Assembly (NCBI GenBank): GCA_950097015.1
Contig: CATNEN010000030.1
Coordinates: 3,410,001 to 3,474,000, forward strand
Source: Macrostomum hystrix
Taxonomy: Eukaryota; Animalia; Platyhelminthes
Length of the DNA: 64,000 bases
Direction: 5' to 3'
Part shown: positions 24,101 through 33,840 of the stretch, in pieces
Numbering within the stretch: position 1 is the first letter of the stretch
Layout of the letters: each line of letters starts with the position of its first letter
Notes under the pieces: model-generated
The model's database searches: none
What the model was told of the DNA's origin: nothing
Seen by the model: only the letters and a program-made list of their open reading frames with translations
Made by a program: the position numbers and the translations under genes

Positions 24101-25675
24101 GACCGTGATTTAGTTCGATTTTTTTATTCAGGATGTTGTAGCGTACAAGGCTAGAGCGTCGGACTTACGACTTAAAGGTCGGGGGTTCAATCCCGACTTC
24201 ACTGGAACAATTAGTGTTCATAAGCAAGAGACTCACAACTCTGCATTGCTTCAGCTCACCCAGCTGTTAAATGGGTACCAGCATTAGCTGGGGTAATGAT
24301 GGTGGGTGTGGCGTCTACCCAGTCCATGGACTGAACAGCCGTACGCAATAGCAATAGGTGTAACCAATTAATTAATAGTCTGATGCTTAGTCTACGCACT
24401 TAACATGAACTGGTCGTTACCAGCGAGGGCTAAATGATTATTGAGAGGTCTGGGACTTGAATCCCAGACCCAAAGGGGAAATTTTTTTCGAGGGGGCCGT
24501 GGGCACCGTCGAATCATTTTGGCGACGGTCGAAAGTACGCCAGCGAGGAGGCAATACTGGCATTCTACTGACTCGCAGCACAATAGCTGCGACTGTCACA
24601 AGCTGCACATTTGGCCCAACTGCGTTAAGTGGCATTTAGACACTATTATATCTAAGGCATAGGAATCTAAATGTAGGCATCCAAGGTATGATTCAACTCG
24701 CACCTGTCGTTTAGCATTGGCCGGAGCGGTGGAATTAGCCAATGCTTTAGCAGCAGCTTTGTATGGCTGCCAAGCTTCAGCTAGATTTACTAGCATGCCC
24801 ATGTGCAGCGATAGTACCCAATTGTCTGGAAAGAATTTGTCAACAATTTCTCTCATCTTGGCCTCCTCCAGGTGCAGCAGATCCGGGCTAAAAAAAAGAC
24901 ACACGTAGAGCATAGCGGCCTGATGGGCCAGGGCTGTGCTCCGATGCTCAGGAAATGGAAACGAAGCCACCATGCTGTAGACGTCGTCAGACCGCAGCCG
25001 GTCTATGACCATCTGGACAAATCGAGGACTGACGACCACCCGGCTGAAGTAGCTCTCCGGATATTTGGCGGGTCGGCGCGCATTCGGCGAGCTTGAGTCG
25101 TACTCCGTACTGCGGAGCAGTTTGCAAACGTCATCAATTAGTGTACTGCTACCGCTGGAGTGCCTGTAATAGGCCACTAATAGTCGTTCACGTAGTGGCC
25201 CGGGAAATTTAGCTTCCACAGTGAGCAGCATAACGCCGTACAAAGATAAAGATTCGCATAGCAACTGTTTTCCCTCTGGATTGAGTAGCACAGTCTCAAG
25301 CATCTGTTGAACGTAGATGCCATTCTCCAAGTCACTCAAATAAGTGTTTAGTTTGATGACGTAGCTATAGACACTCTCAAAGGTTTTATAGAAGCGGGTC
25401 AGAATTTCTATGTGATTCTCGCGAAATTCTTCGTCCAATTCCTGCAGATCGGCCCGGGATTGGATTTTGTTTTCGAAGAATTCCGGAGTTCGCAGGTACT
25501 CAAAATCGAAGATTATCTCGTGATAGCGCTGGCTCTCCGGATTTGTCTCCTGTTTGAATGCGTTTGGCACAAATGCAGACAAGTTTAACAATTCGGAGAT
25601 GATACTGGAGCCGCTGGATACAATCTTCAGCAGGTTGCGGCCGCAAAGATTGTTTTCGGCCAGAAAGTCGCTCAT
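18132..25675 (-). CDS. WASHC5: WASH complex subunit 5 (strumpellin), 8 exons, 1170 aa
   Basis: Exons 25675-24704, 24077-23765, 23581-23424, 22809-22372, 21188-20745, 20467-19711, 19243-18970 and 18288-18132 all have GT-AG introns with consistent phases (3,513 nt in total). Hallmarks: [45 protein letters not shown]. Confidence 0.95.
18440..18625 (-). mobile_element. tRNA-derived SINE in WASHC5 intron 7
   Basis: Reverse complement of the head (ggagtcaggaatcgaacccccgacc) and the core ctgttcagtccatggactgg. Confidence 0.75.
18745..18945. repeat. Dispersed repeat, second family (other copy at 38940-39130)
   Basis: cacacactcacac...ctgtgccttgg...aattgcacgacaagcc...ggcctcgc.gcggaatcgagctcaggg is present at both loci, both intronic. 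Confidence 0.7.
20605..20690. repeat. Short 23-bp tandem repeat in a WASHC5 intron
   Basis: tattatctactagatatctacca, about 3 copies. Confidence 0.75.
21254..22050. repeat. 20-bp minisatellite in WASHC5 intron 4
   Basis: Unit atgctagaaatggtatctga with degenerate edges. Confidence 0.95.
22880..23215 (+). mobile_element. tRNA-derived SINE in WASHC5 intron 3
   Basis: A-box tggttgtagcctagtgg, B-box ggttcgatttcc, body gcaagacacttaactctg...tttacccag...aaatgggtatcagca...agtccatgga. Confidence 0.8.
24135..24360 (+). mobile_element. tRNA-derived SINE in WASHC5 intron 1
   Basis: Same head and body as the 22880 copy. Confidence 0.8.
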
Positions 25676-25682
25676 CTGAAAA
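25676..25682 (-). promoter_or_regulatory. Candidate (trans-)splice acceptor TTTTCAG abutting the WASHC5 ATG
   Basis: Minus strand reads tcttaaacttttcag|ATGAGC. Confidence 0.65.
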
Positions 25683-25769
25683 GTTTAAGACATAAATGGA
25701 AAAAATATACTATTTTTTCTTAGCAAGACTATCCTAGACTATTGTCTAAGCGTTGTAGTAGGTCTGGGT

Positions 25770-27060
25770 TTTTGAGACAGATCATCGTAGTCTATGGTCG
25801 AAGTTGTGGGGAAGCTATCGGTTTATCTGAGACAGACCATCGTAGTCTATGGTCAAAGTTGTAGGAAGCTATCGGTTTATCTGAGACAGATCATCGTAGT
25901 CTATGGTCGAAGTTGTGGGGGAGCTATCGGTTTATCTGAGACAGACCATTGTAGTCTATGGTCGAAGTTGTGGGGGAGCTATCGGTTTATCTGAGACAGA
26001 CCATTGTAGTCTATAGTCGAAGTTGTGGGGAAGCTATCGGTTTATCTGAGACAGATCATCGTAGTCTATGGTCAAAGTTGTAGGAAGCTATCGGTTTATC
26101 TGAGACAGACCATTGTAGTCTATGGTCGAAGTTGTGGGGGAGCTATCGGTTTATCTGAGACAGACCATTGTAGTCTATGGTCGAAGTTGTGGGGGAGCTA
26201 TCGGTTTATCTGAGACAGACCATTGTAGTCTATAGTCGAAGTTGTGGGGAAGCTATCGGTTTATCTGAGACAGATCATCGTAGTCTATGGTCGAAGTTGT
26301 GGGGGAGCTATCGGTTTATCTGAGACAGATCATCGTAGTCTATGGTCGAAGTTGTGGGGGAGCTATCGGTTTATCTGAGACAGATCATCGTAGTCTATGG
26401 TCGAAGTTGTGGGGGAGCTATCGGTTTATCTGAGACAGATCATCGTAGTCTATGGTCGAAGTTGTGGGGGAGCTATCGGTTTATCTGAGACAGATCATCG
26501 TAGTCTATGGTCGAAGTTGTGGGGGAGCTATCGGTTTATCTGAGACAGATCATCGTAGTCTATGGTCGAAGTTGTGGGGGAGCTATCGGTTTATCTGAGA
26601 CAGATCATCGTAGTCTATGGTCGAAGTTGTGGGGGAGCTATCGGTTTATCTGAGACAGATCATCGTAGTCTATGGTCGAAGTTGTGGGGGAGCTATCGGT
26701 TTATCTGAGACAGATCATCGTAGTCTATGGTCGAAGTTGTGGGGGAGCTATCGGTTTATCTGAGACAGATCATCGTAGTCTATGGTCGAAGTTGTGGGGG
26801 AGCTATCGGTTTATCTGAGACAGATCATCGTAGTCTATGGTCGAAGTTGTGGGGGAGCTATCGGTTTATCTGAGACAGATCATCGTAGTATATGGTCGAA
26901 GTTGTGGGGGAGCTAACGGTTTATCTGAGACAGATCATCGTAGTCTATGGTCGAAGTTGTGGGGGAGCTATCGGTTTATCTGAGACAGATCATCGTAGTC
27001 TATGGTCGAAGTTGTGGGGGAGCTATCGGTTTATCTGAGACAGATCATCGTAGTATATGG
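25770..27060. repeat. 55-bp minisatellite between PRS and WASHC5
   Basis: Unit gagacagatcatcgtagtctatggtcgaagttgtgggggagctatcggtttatct, about 23 copies. Confidence 0.96.
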
Positions 27061-27512
27061 TACAAGCTATGATGAGGCTTCGGATTTTAACAAACTTATC
27101 TTAAAATATTAAGCAGACCATTAAAAAAACTAAATCCAGATTAAGAACGAATGACTAAATAAATATTAAAAATTTGTCAAGACACAGCAGGCCATGTCTT
27201 TTAGCTTAAAATTAAAATATTAGAAAGTAAAGACAGTAGAAGAAAATAATAAATAATTGTCGATGCATTGTCAAGAGAAAAAACTAATTAGAAAAGTCAC
27301 ATCAAACACAATTAATAGCTGTTAAGATTTTCGTCATTGCTAGAAAAAAACGGTAATCGCTTAGCAAACACTTTAAAAACTGAAATTAGCTCGTAGTAAG
27401 CATAAAAACTTTTGGAATGTACTCTTAGCTTATATAAAACAATCACTATAGCGCGAATTGCTTCAAGAAAGAAGCAATTAAAGAGAATAACAATGTAAAT
27501 GTCAGCGACTCG

Positions 27513-30500
27513 TCACCACCTGTCACAGCAGCCCAATGCGTCGCTATCAGTGAGCAGGTTGGCAATTGGTGAGGCCAGGCTGAGCAGGCGAAATGGTGGG
27601 TGCTCGGCGATGTGGCGCGCGTGCGGCAGACTGTCGGTGATCCAGAAGTGCTCGAAGAGGCCCTGCAGAGTTATTCAAAGGCCAGTAAGTGGACTGAAGG
27701 CTGATGCATTATGCAGGTTTGAAGGCTGAATGGATTCCGAATAAAACCGCACGTTGGCATTTTCTCACCTGACCGTCGGCAAATCGACGCCACGAGTCGC
27801 GCGGAAAAACCGCATGCGTCACGAATGCGCTAACAGCCCTGGCGCCGAGAGACTTCAACGCCGTGGCGCATTGGATTAGGGTGCCTCCGGTCTGCACCAG
27901 ATCGTCGACAATGACCACGTGTCTGCCGGCTGGGGAGCCTTCCTTAACGCGAATAACTCGATTGTCACCGTCGCGCACCTGAGGCCCAATTGAGAGATAA
28001 GGTGATTGAGGAGTAGTAAAAGTATTAGTAGTACTAAAAGCAGTAATATTTAGTAGCAGCTAATAATGAAGCGTGATAATTTAAACAACGCGATTCCCAT
28101 CTAAAATTAAAAAAATGTTTACTCTGCTTTAGACCTCCAAAGCGAAAATGCGCTAGCAATGGACTTTGGATCCTCTTGTTGAGAACTCTTGTCAAATAGG
28201 ACCTTTTGGTCAATACAATGCATAAATGCTTTCACTGAGAGATCGACCAGTCCATTCCGTTCTGACACTCTGATTCTCGCCTGCTTAGCCTAGACCTCTT
28301 AGGAAAAACGTAGACCTTTAAGAAGAAAAGTTTAGCATCGTGGAAAGTGCAACACCAGGAAAAGCAAAGTCAGTCAGTCCTACGCTTACTTGACTCTTAC
28401 CAGAATTACGAGAAGTCTATCAGAAGTGATCTGAGAGACTACTTAGAGTAGTAATACGATTAGAACTGACAGAATTAGAGACCGATTGAAAAGCAAAATA
28501 TTAAACGTTTCAAAACAGCACAGACGGCGCCTTCGAAAAGAAAGAAATCAGTCCACTTATCAGCTGTTCAGTCCATTTGCAAAAATCCACCAGAAAATGA
28601 AATGTGCTGCTTCGAAATCACAAACCTCTAGGTTAGAAGTTCGAATCTGCAACCACAGGTTTCTAAGTTCCCTTAAACAAAGTACAAGGTAAAAAAGCTG
28701 GTTCCAAAATTGCAGCTTGATTCAAAGTGAGCACCTGTCCGATTGGGCCAGATGTGCAGCCGACAGCACAGCCGCAGCTATTGCGCGGTGCATCTGAAGG
28801 CTGCGTACGGCTGATCAGTCCATGGACTGGGGGGACGCCACACCCACCTTCAATTACCCCAGCTAATGCTAGTACCCATTTAACAGCTGGGTGAACTGAA
28901 GCAATGCAGACTTAAGTGTCACGCTAAAGGACACACATTTTTCCAGTGGAGTCAGGAATCGAACCCCCGACCTTCATGTCGTGAGTCCGACGCTCTAACC
29001 ACAAGGCTACAACCTCTACTGTGAGCGCTACCTTTAAGCAGGTGATGACGTCGTCAGCGTGCTCCGGCACGCTGAAGGCCCGATAAAATCGTTTGAAGGC
29101 GCCTTCGTCAGGAAAGGCGATAGCCAGGCCCGGCGAGGCGTCACGGAGGTCCTTCAGCAGCGGATGGAGCAGGTCCATGGCGCTAGTCAGCAGCGGAATC
29201 ACGCAGTCGGTAAAGTAAAAGCGTTCCTGCAGAGCGTGAATGTCGTACACAACTAGCTGGCAGGGGCCGTGGCGCGTTAGAGGAGTGGAGCTCAGGAGTC
29301 TAGCCACGGACATCGCTGTGGCCACTTGGCCTTCCCGATCCACTCGCTCCATGGTGCCGCAGGGGAAGTAGGGCAGCAACAGGGTCAGGGAGCGGACAAA
29401 GTAACGGGGCAGGCTGTGAATGAGGGACACCTGCGGGTTGATGACAGTTTATTGATCGTCATTAAGAATAATGATGGATTAATTATTCTAATTGGGTTGG
29501 TTTTTCCGACTGAAATCATCTGGATTGTCCATTACAATTAAGGTTGGGATTTTCCACTGAAATCATTGGGATTCTCCATTACAATTGGGGCTGGGATTTT
29601 GGACTGAAATCATCGGGATTCTCCTTTACAATTAAGGTTGAGATTTCCCACGGAAATCATCGGGATTCTCCATTACAATTAAGATTGGGATTTCCCACTG
29701 AAATCATCTGGATTCTCCATTACAATTAAGGCTGGGATTTCCCACTGAAATCATCTGGATTCTCCATTACAATTAAGGCTGGGATTTCCCACTGAAATCA
29801 TCTGGATTCTCTATTACAATTAAGATTGGGATTTCTCACTGAAATCATCTGGATTCTCCATTACAATTAAGGCTGGGATTTCCCACTGAAATCATCTGGA
29901 TTCTCCATTACAATTAAGGCTGGGATTTCCCACTGAAATCATCTGGATTCTCTATTACAATTAAGATTGGGATTTCCCACTGAAATCATCTGGATTCTCC
30001 ATTACAATTAAGGCTGGGATTTCCCACTGAAATCATCTGGATTCTCCATTACAATTAAGTTTGGGATTTCTCACTGAAATCATCTGGATTCTCCATTACA
30101 ATTAAGGTTGGGATTTACCACTGAAATCATCTGGATTCTCCATTACAATTAAGATTGGGATTTCCCACTGAAATCATCTGGATTCTCCATTACAATTAAG
30201 GTTGGGATTTCCCACGGAAATCATCGGGATTCTCCATTACAATTAAGGCTGGGATTTCCCACTGAAATCATCGAGATTCTCCATTACAATTAAGGCTGGG
30301 ATTTCCCACTGAATCATCGGGACTTCCTATTGAGACAATAACAATTTGCAATGAAAGTAATTCAAATCTGCCAATAAAATGACTCGGATTTTTTTAGTTA
30401 TTAGTATTACCTATGGAAGGATTGAAATTTTTGCATTCGAGATGATTTAGCCTAGTAGAGTAAAAGATTCCCTAAAAAGGTCGATTTATTTTGTTCACCT

Positions 30501-30753
30501 GTTCAAAAATGACAGCGGGCTCGTGCAGACTAGCCAGAAAAACGACATCCTGACCCGCCATTTGACGCACTTCGCTAATGAAAATATTAGGAAATCCGTC
30601 CGGAAATCGATCCCAGCTCACAATTTCTTTAAATAAGATGAGGCGACTTGTCTGGCTGGCGGCCGCTGAGACAGCGGAATGGTCAGCGATTTCCCGTGCC
30701 AGCTGGGTCATGGAGCTGTGTGCCAGCAGCCATAGCGGTTTCGCGCGCTCAGC
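27513..30753 (-). CDS. Class II (plant PRS3/PRS4-type) ribose-phosphate pyrophosphokinase, 4 exons; no in-frame ATG at the homologous N-terminus
   Basis: Exons 30753-30499, 29430-29032, 27978-27769 and 27662-27513 are all phase 0 with GT-AG introns. Motifs [71 protein letters not shown] and FWITDS match class II PRS. Confidence 0.9.
28740..29015 (-). mobile_element. tRNA-derived SINE in PRS intron 2
   Basis: Full reverse-complement copy of the SINE. The track ORF 28924-29430 merely reads past the splice donor into it. Confidence 0.8.
29500..30325. repeat. 47-bp minisatellite in PRS intron 1
   Basis: Unit gggatttcccactgaaatcatctggattctccattacaattaaggct. Confidence 0.95.
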
Positions 30754-30765
30754 CTTAGCGAATAA
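30754..30765 (-). promoter_or_regulatory. Candidate trans-splice acceptor ahead of the ATG-less first PRS exon
   Basis: Minus strand reads ttttataattttattcgctaag|GCT GAG CGC GCG AAA CCG, in frame with the PRS coding sequence. Confidence 0.55.
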
Positions 30766-30849
30766 AATTATAAAATTCAATGCCGAGCTTCATTGAAAAA
30801 GTTGTTTAATCAAAAAAATAGTTTACTTTATAGATTTACCGCCAATCAA

Positions 30850-31745
30850 TGGGCTAGATCTCGACCTCCCCAGTCTATGGGTTAGACCCGACCTCCCCAG
30901 TCTATGGGTTAGAACCGACCTCCCCAGTCTATGGGTTAGACCCGACCTCCCCAGTCTATGGGTTAGACCCGACCTCCCCAGTCTATGGGTTAGAACCGAC
31001 CTCCCCAGTCTATGGGTTAGAACCGACCTCCCCAGTCTATGGGTTAGACCCGACCTCCCCAGTCTATGGGTTAGACCCGACCTCCCCAGTCTATGGGTTA
31101 GAACCGACCTCCCCAGTCTATGGGTTAGAACCGACCTCCCCAGTCTATGGGTTAGACCCGACCTCCCCAGTCTATGGGTTAGAACCGACCTCCCCAGTCT
31201 ATGGGTTAGACCCGACCTCCCCAGTCTATGGGTTAGACCCGACCTCCCCAGTCTATCGGTTAGACCCGACCTCCCCAGTCTATGGGTTAGACCCGACCTC
31301 CCCAGTCTATGGGTTAGACCCGACCTCCCCAGTCTATGGGTTAGAACCGACCTCCCCAGTCTATGGGTTAGACCCGACCTCCCCAGTCTATGGGTTAGAA
31401 CCGACCTCCCCAGTCTATGGGTTAGACCCGACCTCCCCAGTCTATGGGTTAGACCCGACCTCCTCAGTCTATGGGTTAGACCCGACCTCCCCAGTCTATG
31501 GGTTAGACCCGACCTCCCCAGTCTATGGGTTAGAACCGACCTCCCCAGTCTATGGGTTAGACCCGACCTCCCCAGTCTATGGGTTAGAACCGACCTCCCC
31601 AGTCTATGGGTTAGACCCGACCTCCCCAGTCTATGGGTTAGACCCGACCTCCCCAGTCTATGGGTTAGACCCGACCTCCCCAGTCTATGGGTTAGATCCG
31701 AACTCCTGTCTATGGGTTAGACCCAGATTTCCCCAGTCTATGGGA
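30850..31745. repeat. 27-bp minisatellite between KIAA0753 and PRS
   Basis: Unit atgggttagacccgacctccccagtct. Confidence 0.96.
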
Positions 31746-31863
31746 AACTAAATCCTTAGTCTTAAAGCAATGTTTAAGTTTAGAATAAACAAGATAGAAA
31801 TCAACAAAAAATACTCAACCTCTTAATTATTGTTTCCCAATTCATGACCAAGGTAAAAAAAGT

Positions 31864-31869
31864 TTTATT
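31864..31869 (-). terminator. Candidate polyadenylation signal (AATAAA) of the KIAA0753-like gene
   Basis: tttatt on the plus strand, ~400 nt past the stop codon and ~120 nt before the satellite. Confidence 0.4.
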
Positions 31870-32274
31870 TACTAATTTTGGTAGAATAAGTTCAACTCAC
31901 AGCCAGCCACTGCAGGAATAGCCGCCACTATAAAATTATGTATCGTGTAAAATAATTGTTTCCAAAAATTACTACGAAAATAAAATAGAATCATTTTTAA
32001 TTGGATTAAAAATTGTGTAAGTATGAACAAACTAAAAGGAATGTTGGAAATTATAGCTAGAAATGATTTTAAAAGTAGACACAAACTTTTTTGCAACCGG
32101 TTGCAAAATTTACACAGATTTATTAGCAAAAAAATCGATAAAAAGTCAGCATAACGAATTAACTAAGATGAGAATACGCAGCTCCCTATTCTCTCATGCT
32201 TCTAGAAAATATTTTCTATGAAAAACTATAGAAAAAAAGTACGTTTCGTAGGTTAATTTAAGTAAAAAACTGTT

Positions 32275-33822
32275 TTATCTACTGTCGCCATTATCAGACG
32301 AGTGCTCAGATTCGAACTCCTGACTTCCATAGTCCACGCCGTCTTCTCCAGTTTTGCTATAATAATCCGCGGTTCGAACGTCGGCCTCTTCAGTCGGCGA
32401 ATAGCCGCCTGCGCGGGCGCCCAGGGCCGACAGAGCCGCCGCGGCGGCCGCCTCAGCGGCGCCAACTCCGGTCTCGTTGGCAACTAGATGGCCGACAATC
32501 GCGTCGCTGGCTGACAGAAGCTCGTCAGCGGCATCGGTCAGCATGTCATCTAGCAGCTGCTCGGCGATGGCGTCAGTCAGCTGAGTTGGCCGGAAGCCAA
32601 TAACGCCAGAATTGGCCACCGACGAGCCGGCGTTCAGGTAGTCCCGATAGCGATCCCGCTGCGACCGGATGGCCTGCACCTCCGCCTGCGTCAGCTGCAG
32701 CGCAGCCGGCTGCCTCGCGCCGGCCACTTCGACAGTGCTGCCAAAAACTGGAGCAGGTCTGGCGCCGTTACGATTGTTGACAAAGCGCAACCCGTCTGGC
32801 GGCTCGGCGCGCCAGTGTCCGTCAGCGGCGCAGATTGGCTCGTCGCCGGCGGCCAAAGCGGCGACCCAAGGGTCGCGAATGTCATCGCCTTCGGCCTCCA
32901 GCTGGCAGAGCCGGTGATCGATGTTGCGTAACTCGGCCAGGCTGCCAGCACCGCTGCGGATCAGCGACACCGCTGAGGCTGACAGTGCCGGAGTGCTGAA
33001 GCCGCCGCCGCCACGCAGGCCGAGCTCGCGCCTGATCTCGGCCAGAACATCGGCCACAATGCGGGCCCGGTCATGATCGGCTACCACCGGAGAAGCCGAG
33101 GACGCTGCGGCTTGGACTGCAGGGGGCGAAGCTCCCAAAGTTGGATTAAAGTGAGGCTGCTGTTGGATTTGCCTTTGCTGCTGTTGCTGCTGCCGCTGTG
33201 GCGGCGGGGGCAGCCCGACTCGCGGACTCCGCGGTCTGGTCGGGAACGGGAGAGCGGCCGGGCGGCGCCTGGCACCGGCGCCAGCGCCGCGTCCTAGAAG
33301 GCGCTCGGCCTCCAGCTCGGCCATGCGCGCCGCGTATTGTTGAACCTCCTCGCGCAGGCGCCGCAATTCCAAAGCTTCGTGACGCTTCATTGAGGCGGCA
33401 TTCTCGCGGGGTAACGGCAGCCTAGCGGAGCCGCCTCCATTTGGGCCGGGCCGCCAGGCTCGATCGGTATCTCGAACCGGCGGCGAATGACTGCGCGACG
33501 GCAATTGCTGCTGCTGCTGCTGCTTCTGTCGTCGCTGCTCAACCGCTGCCTTTCTAAAGATGGCGGTGCGGCCCTGATGGAGGCGACGTTCAACATTTTT
33601 AGGGCCGGGAGGTAGTTTGGCGTCCAGCACCTCCCGGCTGTGCTGGAGCTCGCGCCTGGCCAGCCGGCTCATGAGCTCCATGCGTTGCGGATCCAGGGCC
33701 GATGGTCGCTTCTCTATGAGCACTGGCTGCGGATTGACCGCCACCCTAGTAACCAGGTTGCTAGGCGAAGCCGGCCGGTCTAAATTAAACTGCAACTGGT
33801 TTACTGCCTGGCGCGGATTCAT
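32275..33822 (-). CDS. KIAA0753: Moonraker/OFIP (KIAA0753)-like centriolar protein, intronless, 515 aa
   Basis: N-terminal NQLQFNLDRPASPSNLVTRV...VLIEK...RLARREL and C-terminal RYRDYL...FRPTQLTDAIAEQLLDDMLTDAADEL resemble the two conserved ends of KIAA0753 as recalled. Confidence 0.78.
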   Translation of the reverse strand: MNPRQAVNQLQFNLDRPASPSNLVTRVAVNPQPVLIEKRPSALDPQRMELMSRLARRELQHSREVLDAKLPPGPKNVERRLHQGRTAIFRKAAVEQRRQKQQQQQQLPSRSHSPPVRDTDRAWRPGPNGGGSARLPLPRENAASMKRHEALELRRLREEVQQYAARMAELEAERLLGRGAGAGARRRPAALPFPTRPRSPRVGLPPPPQRQQQQQQRQIQQQPHFNPTLGASPPAVQAAASSASPVVADHDRARIVADVLAEIRRELGLRGGGGFSTPALSASAVSLIRSGAGSLAELRNIDHRLCQLEAEGDDIRDPWVAALAAGDEPICAADGHWRAEPPDGLRFVNNRNGARPAPVFGSTVEVAGARQPAALQLTQAEVQAIRSQRDRYRDYLNAGSSVANSGVIGFRPTQLTDAIAEQLLDDMLTDAADELLSASDAIVGHLVANETGVGAAEAAAAAALSALGARAGGYSPTEEADVRTADYYSKTGEDGVDYGSQEFESEHSSDNGDSR

Positions 33823-33833
33823 CCTTCAGTTGG

Positions 33834-33840
33834 CTGAAAG
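33834..33840 (-). promoter_or_regulatory. Candidate (trans-)splice acceptor CTTTCAG 11 nt upstream of the KIAA0753 ATG
   Basis: Minus strand reads cttttaatctctttcag|ccaactgaaggATG. Confidence 0.6.

Noticed and set aside
25770-27060. CRISPR-like regular 55-bp periodicity
   Set aside because: The entire unit repeats, so there are no spacers.
28924-29031. C-terminal extension [18 protein letters not shown]... of the PRS ORF
   Set aside because: Read-through past a splice donor into an antisense SINE.
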